Both the position numbers and the translations under genes were made by a program. From assembly GCA_037447605.1 (NCBI GenBank), contig CM074804.1, forward strand, positions 7,417,909 through 7,481,908: 64,000 bases of DNA, given 5' to 3'. Under the pieces are notes generated by a model that saw only the letters and a list, made by a program, of their open reading frames with translations, had not been told where the DNA came from and made no database searches. This document shows, piece by piece, positions 12,198-23,406 of the stretch. Within the stretch, counting starts at the first letter, position 1; every line of letters begins with the position of its first letter. Source of the stretch: Zygnema circumcarinatum SAG 698-1b. Its lineage: Eukaryota; Plantae; Zygnematophyceae.

Positions 12198-12458
12198 TGT
12201 AAAGAGAGGATGTGGCATTGATCTCACGATGGCGAGGCCATCAAATTGTACATGGACAACATCAGCGCGTGGAACCACGAGGAACTGATCGCAAAGGACC
12301 TAAGCACACAAGAAAAAAGCTAGGAGCGGAAAACTACGCCTCGGCTCAAGAACGCGGCCCTCCCTAGAAGCAGCCGCGTTCATGTTGCTGTTGTCCATGT
12401 ACATTCGATGGCATCATCGCCATCGCGAGATCAATGCCACACTTCCTTTCCCTTTCCA
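12198..12458. mobile_element. Inverted pair of the ~130-bp dispersed repeat (copy 2 + at 12198-12340; copy 3 - partial at 12381-12458), MITE-like foldback
   Basis: 12211-12270 and 12381-12442 are imperfect reverse complements. Termini read TGTAAAG...CTTTCCA. No clear TSD. Confidence 0.7.
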
Positions 12459-12577
12459 CCATGCCTTGGTGCGGTACATTCGCGGACCGTACGCTCGAGC
12501 AAGGACCAGTGGGGAGCATATTCTGAGGGATATTCGCGACAGCGGCGAATCATTCCGCTGTACGACACAAGCGCATA

Positions 12578-13061
12578 CAGTCTAATCACGTTATAGTGAC
12601 TGTGTCGGTCCCCACATGTTTGTGTCACTATATCGGTAATGACCCGTTTGTCATTTCACATTTATAGTAACAATGTTATTAGATATGTTTTTGCGGTATA
12701 TCCGTACGCCTTTGATACCGTACATTGTACTTTTTGGGCAGTCGTCCCGTGGGTAGGTGTGTACGAACCCTAGTGAGCATGTGTACGGACAAGTTGGTAT
12801 GTACGGTCAATTTGATATCTGACGGTATTAGTCGATAATGTGTACGGTCGTAATATATTTGTAACGCATATTCCAATACGTGGGTGAATAATATCGACAT
12901 TTTGAACATATAGTAACAATTAGGGCTTTTCAGCGTCGTTATATCCGTAATGGCGTCACTACCGGCGCAGGATCTGCAGTGGTGCAATTCCGTTCCCGGA
13001 AAAAAAGTCAGTATATCCATGCTGTTCTTATAAACAGTGTCACTATAACGTGATTAGACTG
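12578..13061. mobile_element. Tc1/mariner (pogo/Tigger-like) MITE, 484 bp
   Basis: Perfect 23-bp TIR CAGTCTAATCACGTTATAGTGAC at both ends. TA on both flanks (12576-12577, 13062-13063). No coding capacity. Confidence 0.9.
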
Positions 13062-13116
13062 TATCCGGTTCACTGCCTGCCCGGATTGGGGCAGGGCGGA
13101 AGGCATCGCTCATCAG

Positions 13117-13503
13117 CAGGCCTCGCCAAATACGATTAAAAGGTCTACAAGGCTAAAATGCAGCTGGGTCTTTCAATGAGCAGTTATATGCCATGATTAC
13201 CAAATGAAAAAAGTGCTTTGCTTGATTGGTACAATCGAATCTGTAAGAGTTGAAGAGTTTGCATCAATTTTTAAAGCCGTGTTGTTAATTACGCCAACAA
13301 CTAGAGTTATGTACATATGAAAACATAGCCATAGTGGGTACAAAAGCAATTCATTTCACATTTTTTTAAACCAAAGAAGGTGAATTTTTTTGAGGCTTTT
13401 ATGGTATTTAATCAATCTCAAACTGTCCCGTAATTTTTTCATCCCGTAATTTATCTATTTATGATACCGTATTTAGGGGGTTTCCCGTATTTGAAGAGGC
13501 CTG
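13117..13503. mobile_element. hAT-like MITE, 387 bp
   Basis: TIRs CAGGCCTCGCCAAATACG / rc CAGGCCTCTTCAAATACG (16/18). 8-bp flanks CTCATCAG and CTTATAAG (6/8, degenerate TSD). AT-rich interior with repeated CCCGTAATTT/CCGTATTT subterminal motifs. Confidence 0.75.
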
Positions 13504-13689
13504 CTTATAAGTCATAGGACCGCTCTAACGGAACTGAAACTGAAGCTGAAAAACCAGTGCAGCCGTTAGCCAGGTACCCCGTACGGCTAAAGATGAATTA
13601 CCTTCACATGTTTGTATGGAGGGGCATGAGTGCATCGTCAAATTCTCAGCATTCAGAAAATAGTCCATGCCTCCAGAAAAAGGTCGGAT

Positions 13690-13890
13690 CGAGAGAGGGG
13701 GGGAAGGGAGAGAGAGGGAGAGAGTGGGAGAGAGGGAGGGAGAGGGGGAGGCAGAGAGAGAGGGAGGTGGGGAGGGAGAGAAATAAAACAAGGGGGGGAG
13801 AGAGATAGGGAGAGAGGAGGGGGGGAGGGAGAGGGGGAGGGGGAGAGAGTGGGGGGATGGAGGGAGTGGGGGGAGGGAGGGGGAGAAAGA
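13690..13890. repeat. Polypurine (GA/GGGA) low-complexity tract
   Basis: Almost exclusively G/A on the + strand. Confidence 0.9.
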
Positions 13891-13988
13891 GCCCACTAGC
13901 CCCTGACCACCGCCGCAGCGGAGGGCGGCACCCTCCCCAGCAGCTCCCTCACCACCTCCTCCGCCAGCAGCGACCCGTACACGAACGC

Positions 13989-14831
13989 CACGTGGACACG
14001 CCCTCTACGTGGCAGGCGACACGTGGCGCTCCCACCCTCGCCCATCCCCATCCCCGTCCGTCGCGGGAAGCGCCGTTCCATGCGGCCTAGTCGCGCGGCC
14101 CGTTAAACGGCCACGTGGACATTCCTATGTGTAGGGAGCGTTACCGTAACTGGAACATGTGCCCATTGTTGTCCGTTTCCTGAGCCAACCATTGGCAATG
14201 GGTTTCTGAAGCATAGGAGCCAGTGGTTGTCTTCTATTCAAATTGTTGATTGGCGGGCATTGCCAACCATTGGCAATGGCTACACAGCCCGATCGCTAGA
14301 TATATCGAAACCACAAATACCGCGATATATCACATTCCTCCAAACCGAAGTATATCGCAGTAGTCAATAAGTCGGTTCCAGAATCGCCCCCGCCATTGCT
14401 TGGCGCCGATTTGTCTCGCCTCGCTCGCCAAGCTGCCCCAAATCGAAAATTTCCGTGAACTTGGCGACGACTCATTGGTCAATTTGCGAAGGCGGTGTGT
14501 CCCTGCCCTCTTTCTGTGCGCCATTACCGCGACTTACACACGTGTCGTCGCCTCCAAGTTCCCGCAATCGCTGGACGCTCTCTGATTGGCTTGGTATAAC
14601 GTTAACACGTGCGCGAACTCGCTTCCTTGGCGCGTCTAGCGACTGTCACGTCACGCGGCGGAGTTCGAAAACACATTGATTGGCAGCCTAGCCCGCACCT
14701 GCGAGTCCTTCAGTAGGTGCCACGTGGCAGATGAGGTCCCACCGAGGCCTTCTCGTCCTCTTACGCCGACCGTCGATGGCCGTTGGAGAATCCTGCACCG
14801 TCCAATAAATCCTGAACCACGTGTCCACGTG
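13989..14831. promoter_or_regulatory. Cluster of G-box/ABRE-type CACGTG motifs upstream of RIOX1
   Basis: CACGTG at 13989, 14020, 14112, 14539, 14606, 14721, 14818 and 14826, plus TACGTGGC at 14006. Confidence 0.55.
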
Positions 14832-15014
14832 CGCGTAACCTCGTACGGCTGCCAGTATGATTAGCGCACGTACCATCTCGATTTAGATACGATACGATAT
14901 AGTCGATGTGAAATATTTCGCGTATTGGCAGTATCGTGAATATCGGCACCCTGCAGGCTCGCTCCTCGCTCTCACGAGCAGCAGGAGGAGCAGTCCGGGC
15001 AAGGAGAGGCCGCC

Positions 15015-18000
15015 ATGGCCGCCATGGCTGCCAGCAGGGGGGCGCAGGGAGAGGGAGGGCGCGCTGTTGAATATGAGGACGTAGACCAGTCTGCTCTCAG
15101 ATTGGTCTCTGGTTTTAGGGCTGACGTCATAGTGGATGAGAGGGGAGAGGCAGATGGCTGCTTGAGCGGGCGACACGTGGCCCTAAGCCGCGCAGACGGC
15201 GCGGCAGCTGAGAAGTTTTTGGAGTGGCTCATTTATCCTCTTGACGTGAGCAAGTTCTACGCCGAGTATTGGGAGCAGCGCCCCTTTGTCATCAAACGGC
15301 CGAAGCAAAGGTCAGTTCGGCAGTAGACGTGTGTGCTGTTTTGCAGCAGAGAAGGACAATTCAGAATTACAATGCGGGACATAATTATCAGAAATTAATT
15401 CTCTTTTTTTTTTTTTTCTTCCTAAAGGGCTTTGGGAGGGGTTTTTTTAAGCGCCCATAGATTAAAGGTTTCACTTTGCGATCATAAATTTCGAATGTGG
15501 GCAGGAAATTGTTCTTTCACCGAGCCTTTCATTCCGAATTACTGTATTAATTCGTACTCTTCGTATTCGTACTCTTTTCTCTTCTTCGTAATTCTTCGAA
15601 CCGCAGCATTGTATGCTGAAGATGTACCAAAATGCTTTATGCTCATTTGAAGATGGTGAAAGGTTTTGCTGCTACTCTCTTCTTCCAGAAGAGTAGAGTG
15701 AACTTCCAAGACATATAACGGCTTTGAAAATGCAAAACAATTCGTGAGCTTCATGCGGTTCAGTTGGAGGATAGGAGAGAATCAAGAAAGTTTTGGATAC
15801 TCTTTACTCCGTTTCTTAAAAGAAGTCTTTAACATGCCATACTGGTCCTTCTGAGCCCTAAAGAAGTAGAATTTTTGGGTGCTATCTGAGCTGATCCTAT
15901 CAAGAATGAGAATCTGTTTCTCACTGATGAGCATAAACTTGTGTATCCTAACAGATCTATTCTCATTTAAATGTTTGCTTCATAGGCAGTTGGATATAAC
16001 CCCCCGAAGGACTCTTTTCATTGAGAAGGAGTACAAGGATTGAAGTCATGGCTGAAGTGTTGAAGTCGATTGGCTGAGAGTGCAGGCGTTACTATGAAGG
16101 TTGGTTCCACAAGCGAGACATAGAGCAGCTCCTGGAAGAAAGGCGCTTGGAATTTCGAATAGGCGTTGATGTTACGAAGTATGTGGAAGGAGAGCGGCAA
16201 ACACTCAATGGGGAAGGCATTGCAGGTCAGTTTAGGGACTTCGGGTCTGCTCGTCGTTGACAGGAAACCAGCAAACGAGTAGGTACAGTGAAGGAACGTG
16301 CTATGTCTTAGAATGTGATTTTTGAGACCCTTTAAATTGAAAGGGTCCCACACTAAGCTTCTTTGCAGCCGGATTATTTCAGGCCTGCATCACAGCGCGG
16401 TTCATTGCAAAGGTTCACACAGTATAAATTTGCTATGTATGTTGTATCATGATCTGTACGTGTAGTTAGCCCCCGCTTACATCCATCATCCATTTTATCG
16501 TGATTTCTCTCTTCTGCTCTGTTTATGATAGATGGGGCATTAGCTCAAAAAAGCTCCAAAATCTTTTCGAAGTGTCTTATTCCTCCACCCAGCAAGACTC
16601 TATGAACGTTTTCGTAAGGTGCAGACCCTAAGGAGGTGTGGAAGCGCTACAAGGAGGGATGTTCCGTACGGGTCCTTCATCCGCAGCGTTGGAGCGATCC
16701 AATTTGGCTTATGCTCTCAACACTTGAACGGCACTGGAATTCCATCGCAGGTATTACCCCTCGTGGTTTTCTTGTTGTCTCTGTCAATGAATTACTGGAA
16801 GGTAGGCTACAAAATCTCATCAGGAGAAGCTTGTTTAAAAGTCTGACAGAGAGATTCAAGTCGTGTAAGAGGACCTGGAAAAATCATCGAGAGGGTGAGA
16901 AAGGAAAGGGGGTAGAAATCAATGGAGCTTCAGCTGATGCATTTAGATTTCAGATGAAGACACTTGAGCACTTGAGCATTCGAGACTTGGCGAGAGTAGT
17001 TGTGACTCTTGAAGTAAACTGTTGGTTTTGTTCCTTTGAATGTAGGGTGCAATGCTTACCTTACCCCGCAAGGAACACAGGGGTTCAGCCCTCACTATGA
17101 CGACATTGAAGCCTTCGTTCTGCAGTCGGAGGGCAGAAAGCAATGGCGCTGCTACGCCCCCCGCTCTCCTCAGGAAGTTCTCCCTCGCTTTTCGAGTCCT
17201 AACTTTGCACAAGAGGAGATTGGAGATCCCATTCTTGAAGTTGACCTTGAGCCGGGTGACCTCCTGTATGTTTCCGACAACATTTTTGACCCCTTCAATG
17301 CCGTAAAGAGTTGCTCAAGGCTGCATTAAGCTTGGGTAGCTTGATGAAGCTAAGGATGCCTTTTGGGGCGGTCTTGGCCAGCTTTATGCCGCGAGGAACC
17401 ATTCACCAAGCGGTGGCAGCAGAAGATATTCATTCTCTGCATATCACTATCTCCACAGGTGAAGAGGAAATGCCAGATTTTGACCATGGATGGGAGCACA
17501 GTTGAACTCCTTTTGCTTCAATCACTGAGACAAACACTACAGAGTACTCTGCATGAAGCCCTTCACTCTCAGGAGATGTGGTCTCCGTTGTAAGCGTTGA
17601 ATGAAATCGCTTTTATTCCAAACTCAAGCTTTAAGCACCTCTTTCGCTCTGCCATTGAAGACCTGCCTTTCTGTATGTGTTGTCAGGACAAGGTAACTCC
17701 TGGGCGGACTTTCTTGGCCTTGCCATCCCCCGAGCCCTCGAGGTAAGCTGCTTCCTTCCCTTAAAGAAGTCGGAGCTGCAAAAGAATGTGAGGAGAGGGG
17801 AACAGGGAGCTCAACTCCGCTCTTATGTTTACTGACACAGACAAACGTGACATGGTGGGGACAAACCAGTTGGCATCCGAAGAGCACATGGAGCTTCGGA
17901 AAAGTATTCCGCGAGAGACCTTCGACTTCATGGGGGCGATGCACTCAGACCAAACGAACGACTCTCGGAGGACAAAGTTCATAGAAACGATTCAGTCGCT

Positions 18001-18853
18001 GATGCAGCTCGTGATGGAGAGAGGGCCGTGGGATTCCGGGGTTGATCAGATGGCGGTGGATTTCCTGCACAGAAGGTTGCCGCTGTACAAGGGCACTGAG
18101 ACACAGGAAGGAAAGGGAGAAGGGACGGAGGAGTCGGGAAAGAAGAGGAGAAGAGAGGAGGGTGTTGTGTTAGAGGGAGAGGCGGGGGGAAAGAGAGCAT
18201 CGTCAGGGGGAGTGAAGCTAACCGGCAAGTCGAAAGTGAGGCTTGTTGCTCCGGGCATCGCCAGACTGGTGGTTGAAGAAGAAGTTGCAGTACTATATCA
18301 CATGCTTCACAACACAAGGTACACTCATAATGTGGGGGTGGAGGAGGACGTCGGGGACGAGGGCGAGGGGGAGGGGGAAGACAGGCTTTCGGAAGAGGCA
18401 GAGGATCTTGAGGAGGAGACGGAGGGGGAACTAGAGGGTGGAGGGGTGGAGGGCTCAAAGACTTCCTTGGAGAGCTGCGTGTTGCTCGAAAAGGGAAAGC
18501 CCGTTATGAGCGTGAAGAGCATTGTCGGGAACGGAGAACTGCAAGAAAGAACATCCGGAGACTCAGAGAAGAGGTCAAAAAAGCAGAAACCGGATGCAGA
18601 TGCACATGTACATGCACATGCAGATGCCGATGCCGATGCGGAGGTGCCATGGTGCGGCGGCGAGGCGGGCGCGTCCTGGGAGCGGGGCCGCCTTGAGTTC
18701 CCGCTGGAGCACGCGGAGGCCCTGGACGGGCTCCTCCGCGCGTACCCCGCGGCGGTGGCCGTGGGGGGCATCGCGCTCGACTCCAAGAGGGACTGCATTC
18801 AGCTTGCGGCCGCGCTCGTGGGGGAGGGACTGCTGCTTGTGGTGGATGGGTGA
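15015..18853 (+). CDS. RIOX1: Ribosomal oxygenase 1 / NO66-like JmjC 2OG-Fe(II) dioxygenase, multi-exon
   Basis: [28 protein letters not shown]; [12 protein letters not shown]; [37 protein letters not shown] (HxD); [16 protein letters not shown] (distal His); NSWADFL; [14 protein letters not shown]. Start codon is approximate. Confidence 0.9.
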
Positions 18854-20842
18854 TGATGGGGCATGGCTCATGGATGCATGCATGGGTGGTGAGGCACACA
18901 CGTCTCTTGGTGAACTCTACTCGTGGGCGTGTCTTGAATAAAAGCATGCATTGATTTTGCGCCCATGTGGCTCGCTCACTCCTCTCTCTGCATGGCCCCC
19001 CATTGGCCCGGGGAGAGAAGAATCCCACGCCGTCTCTGCTCCCCGTCAGCCTGATCGGACCCTCCTTCCTTCCCTTTCTCGGCCTTCACGCGTGGGCGGG
19101 TGAAGGTCCTTTTGTTTTGTTCCATTCGTTGGGCGTCGGCTTGTTCCTCCCGTAGTTTCGTTTCCTTTAGTCTCATATTGCTTTGTTCGTTGGGGTTTTT
19201 TTTGGTCTGGTTACGCTTTGTTTAAGTTCTGTTATTTCTCTAATTTTTTTCCACGTTAAAAGGCTTTACGGGGACGAGTTTTATTCCTATTAGGAGGCAC
19301 CGCCGGCGCTGGCAAAACTCGCACTACGTACTACTACTGTGCCTTACTTGCAGCAACCAGCTGCTGTTTCGGTTCGGTTCAGGTTCGGTTCAAGTTCGGT
19401 ACAGGATTGGCTCGCGTCCTTTCCATGGACCTGCCGTCGGTTAAAAACGAGCGAGCGCGTCCGTCTGAGCAAAAGCCGACGGCCGTGCTGCGGTTACGAG
19501 TGTCAATGCCACATAGACACTTTGACACGTGGCAAATTGTCTTGACGAAGCCCTCAGTACGTGGGGGCGGTGTTCACACGTGTGAACGCGCAGACGGGCT
19601 TCAGATAAGGACAAGGTTTCCACTTGCGGGCAGAGGGCGGCATGACCGTACATAACCGTACACCTGCAGGCGCCGACAGGGCCCCCGGCCAATCAGTGGA
19701 TGGAACGAACACGGAACTGCGGATGGGGACGCTGGACAGTTGCGGGAAATAAGATTGTAAATGCAAATAATGCGGGCAGGGTTCGGGTACAAAGGGGGTT
19801 TAGCGCCACGTCAATGGCCGCGGAGCTGAGCTGGACGTATCGCCCGGCCGGGACCGTCTTGGCAGAAGCGCGTAAAAATTTGGCGCTGCAAGGAGAGGAA
19901 TAGTTTCGTAGGTTTGAATACGAGAATGAGTACTCTATTGTCATTACAATTAACTTGCAAAGGAGTATTCCATCTAAACTGAACTCCGATAAAGTTTGAT
20001 ATGCCCGGTGACACGGGCAGACTGAAAACGTTTTTCTGGCATCCTGCGACGCTAGCTCATGCGGTGGTCGGTCGGCGGAAGGCATAAAAAATGAAAAGAT
20101 TCGCGAAGGCCGCGGCGGGGCATCTCCGAAACTGCCCAAAGATGCCGCCGCCGTCGCGGGCAGGCTAAAAACAATTCATATTTCTTTTCTTGTTCTCTTC
20201 ACCCTCCACCCCGCCTAACCGTAAAAGACAGAAATTTCCAACCTCTGCCCCATCCAATGGCGTCCCTCGCTTACCTGCCCGAAAACTGTGTTGCCCCTAC
20301 ATTCATTTTCGTTTTTATTTTTTCTGCGCCGTCGGAAAGCTTGCCAGCAAACCGACACGGCCACAAGCACCGACATTCCGCATGCGCCAAAAGAGTACTA
20401 CACACTTGTGAGGGAGGTCCCCTATTGGCTGGACGGCCGGCATATCCCCTCCGCCTCCCCCGCCCGCCCGGCCGTGTCGGTGGCCGACACGGCCGCTTTC
20501 GGCTCCGCAGGGAGCCACGTGGCCGCGGGCCATTCTACGGCACTGCCGGGGCTGTCGTACGGAACGGATTCAGTACGGCGCGAATACGGGAGAGGGAGAG
20601 CGGCTGTGGCGGCGGGAGGGGGAGAGGAGAGTGCGAGAGAGGAAGAGGGAGAGGGAGAAATTGAGAGAGGTAGAGAGGAGGCAGCGGGAGAGGGAGAAGG
20701 AGAAGGGAGGCGCAACAAAGGGCGGCTGCAAGCTCTCGCACGTGCCAGGTATGGGTGTGCGGACCCTTAGCACAGTGGGAAGAGGCGGCTTTGGCGGGAG
20801 AGGGCCTTGGCAAACGTTTCGTTGCGGCTCTCCGTCTCCCTC

Positions 20843-21600
20843 TAGGGCACTTGCCTTTCCTCCCTCCTTTCTCTCCCTCCTTTTCTTCTCTCTCTCCCTG
20901 CATTTCTCTCCCACCCTTCTCCCTGTACTTCCCTCCCTCTCCCTCGCCCTCTGCTTCTTCTTGTCCCCCGTTCCTGTCCCTCTCCTTCTCTCTGCTCCTT
21001 CCTTCGTCTCCCTATGCCTGTACCCTCTCCTGTCCCTCCCTCTCTCGCTCCCTTTCCCTGTACCTCTCAATGCCAGTTTGCACCCTCCCTCTCCCTCTCC
21101 CTCTCCCTCCCCCTGGTGCTCCCTCCTTCCTTCTCCCGCTCCCTCCGTTTTCTATCTCTCCCTGTATTTCTCCCCCTCTCCTCTCGCTGTGACTCCCTTC
21201 CTCTCCCCCTGCCTCTCCTTCTCCCTTCCTCTCCCTCTCCTTGCCTCTGCTCCTCCCTTCCTCTCTCTCTTCCTGTACCCTCTCTTCCTCTGCCTCTCCC
21301 TCTACCTCCCTCCCTCTCCCTCTCCTTTTCCTGTTCCCCCTCCCTCTCGCTTCCCGTTTTCTCCCTGCCTCTTCCTCTCCCGCTTCCTGTTCCCCCCTCC
21401 CCTCTCCCTCTCCCTCCCTCGCCTGCTCTCGGCCCATTCCTCCCCTCCTTCTGCTTGTGGTTCAATCGTTCCACTTCCTCCCATATTTTGGGTTTCGCCG
21501 TCGTTCGTTTCGTTTGCTTTTATGTAGTTGCTTTGCTCGATCTCAAGTGAAAGAGAGCGCCCTAGAACGAGAGTGAAGGTCTCCGCAGGCTCTCTCTCAC

Positions 21601-21655
<55 letters not shown>

Positions 21656-22320
21656 CTCTCTCCCCCTCTCTCCCTCTCTCCCCCTCTCTCCCTCTCTCCC
21701 TCTCTCCCCCTCTCTCCCCCTCTCTCCCTCTCTCCTCTCTCTCTCTCTCTCTCTCTNNNNNNNNNNNNNNNNNNNNNNNNNNNNNNNNNNNNNNNNNNNN
21801 NNNNNNNNNNNNNNNNNNNNNNNNNNNNNNNNNNNNNNNNNNNNNNNNNNNNNNNNGTTTCAGTTACGTATTGCTATGGACCGACCTCCTCTCTCTGAAT
21901 TGAAACGAATAGCAGCGGTGAGAAACGATGATTGCTTTCCGTGTCCTAAAATGTGTTCAGTAAAGAATGGCGAAGGAGGAAATGGAACAATGGAATGTAG
22001 CCAGTGCCGCCTGCTCGTTGTTTGTACAAATTCCCTCATCGCCTCCCTTCCCCCCCTCCGTCTTTCTCACTTTTTTTCCTCCATCTCCCTCCCACCCCTC
22101 CCTCCCTCCCTCCCTCCCTCCCTCCCTCCCTCCCTCCCCCTCCCTCCCTCCCTCCCTCCCTCCACCCTCCCTCCCTCCTCCCTCCACTCCCTCCCTCCTC
22201 CCTCCCTCCCTCCCTCCCTCCCTCCTCCCTCCCTCCCTCCTTCCCCCCATCCTCCCTCCCTCGCCCACCTCTCCACCCTCTCACTGAACCCTGTTTGTTT
22301 GCCGCACCTCTTTCTCCAGC
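20843..22320. repeat. Long polypyrimidine (CT/CCCT) tracts upstream of the PstS-like gene, containing a 100-N gap at 21757-21856
   Basis: C/T-only runs at ~20843-21480, ~21590-21756 and ~22045-22270. Confidence 0.9.
21757..21856. other. Assembly gap (100 N); 10-N gaps also at 28798-28807 and 46917-46926
   Basis: N runs inside CT, poly-C or poly-G tracts. Confidence 0.99.
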
Positions 22321-22329
22321 TCTCCCAAA

Positions 22330-23406
22330 ATGGGCCGATTCGCGACTTCCGCTCTCTCCGCCCTTCTCGTCCTCTGCTCTCTCTCCTCCCTCCCCTCTCC
22401 TTCCTCTGCCGTCGTCACAAAGCTCACTGGGAGCGGCGCTACCACTCTCGAGAAGGTCTTTCTCGCCATGCTCCCTCCCCTCAACAAGGCCAAAGGCGTC
22501 AACATCATCTACAACGCGGTTGGCTCCGGAGCGGGGCGGCTCGACTTCATAAGCAACAAAGTGCAGTTCGCGTGCTCCGACATCCCCATGTCCACTGCGG
22601 AGGAGAAGAGGTTGGCCGTGGTGAAGATGACCCTCCCCTTCAGCCTTCAGTCGATCTCCGTGTTCGTCAACATTCCGGGCTACACGCAGAAGCTCAACCT
22701 CACCGCGCAGCTGGTGGCTCTCATCTTCTCGAAGCAGCTCACCAAGTGGAGCGACCCGCGGATCAAAGCGCTCAACCCTAAACTGAACGTGGCTGCCTCG
22801 CAGTTCATCAACGTGGTCCACCGCGCGGACAGCTCCGGCTCCACCGCCATCTTCACGGCGTGGCTCGTCAAGAAGGCTCGCGCGGTGTGGAAACTGGGCA
22901 GCGGGAGCACCATCACATGGCCGGCGGGCACCATAGCGGCGCAGGGCAGCGGGGGGGTGGCCACTGCCATGAAGGGCTCGCCCTTCTCCATTGGATACCT
23001 CGGAACAGGGTTTGGCTATGCCGTGAACTTGAACCTGAAGGAGGCCTTCTTGCAGAACGCCGGGAACGTGTTCGTCCAAGCCATCTCTGCGGACATCTAC
23101 GCCTCTGTTCCAAACCCTCTCCCGGCCGCCACAGCGACCTGGGCGGGCGTGTCCCTGGTAGACAACAGCGGGCCGGCCTCCTTCCCCATGGTCTCCTTCA
23201 CCTACGTCTTCGCCAGAAGGAACGCGGTGGCGTACGGCGCGACGGGCGGGCTCCTTAAGGCTTTCATGAACTACCTGGACTCCAACGCCGCTCAAACCAT
23301 TGCCGTAGCCAAATTCTTCAAGAGGCTTCCCAAGAAGTTGATCGACCAGAACGTGGCGGCGGTCAAGACCATAGTGTTGGCTCAAGGGGTGAAGGTGCCC
23401 TTCTAG
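22330..23406 (+). CDS. pstS: Secreted phosphate-binding protein of the PstS / periplasmic binding protein fold, intronless, 358 aa
   Basis: Signal-peptide-like N-terminus. PstS motifs LTGSGATT, YNAVGSGAG, FACSDIPM, ITKW.DP.I.ALNP-like LTKWSDPRIKALNP, VVHRADSSGSTAIFT, IGY and FPMVSFTY. Confidence 0.9.
   Translation: MGRFATSALSALLVLCSLSSLPSPSSAVVTKLTGSGATTLEKVFLAMLPPLNKAKGVNIIYNAVGSGAGRLDFISNKVQFACSDIPMSTAEEKRLAVVKMTLPFSLQSISVFVNIPGYTQKLNLTAQLVALIFSKQLTKWSDPRIKALNPKLNVAASQFINVVHRADSSGSTAIFTAWLVKKARAVWKLGSGSTITWPAGTIAAQGSGGVATAMKGSPFSIGYLGTGFGYAVNLNLKEAFLQNAGNVFVQAISADIYASVPNPLPAATATWAGVSLVDNSGPASFPMVSFTYVFARRNAVAYGATGGLLKAFMNYLDSNAAQTIAVAKFFKRLPKKLIDQNVAAVKTIVLAQGVKVPF

Noticed and set aside
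20440-20447. P1BS-like GCATATCC upstream of the PstS-like gene
   Set aside because: A single match ~1.9 kb from the ATG is about what chance predicts for GNATATNC.
20257-22552. Long Pro/Ser/Leu or Glu/Arg/Gly ORFs, including the 417-aa ORF crossing the N gap
   Set aside because: They are translations of CT/GA low-complexity DNA.
22036-23385. 449-aa antisense ORF over the PstS-like gene
   Set aside because: Typical shadow ORF of a GC3-rich coding strand; no recognisable domain.
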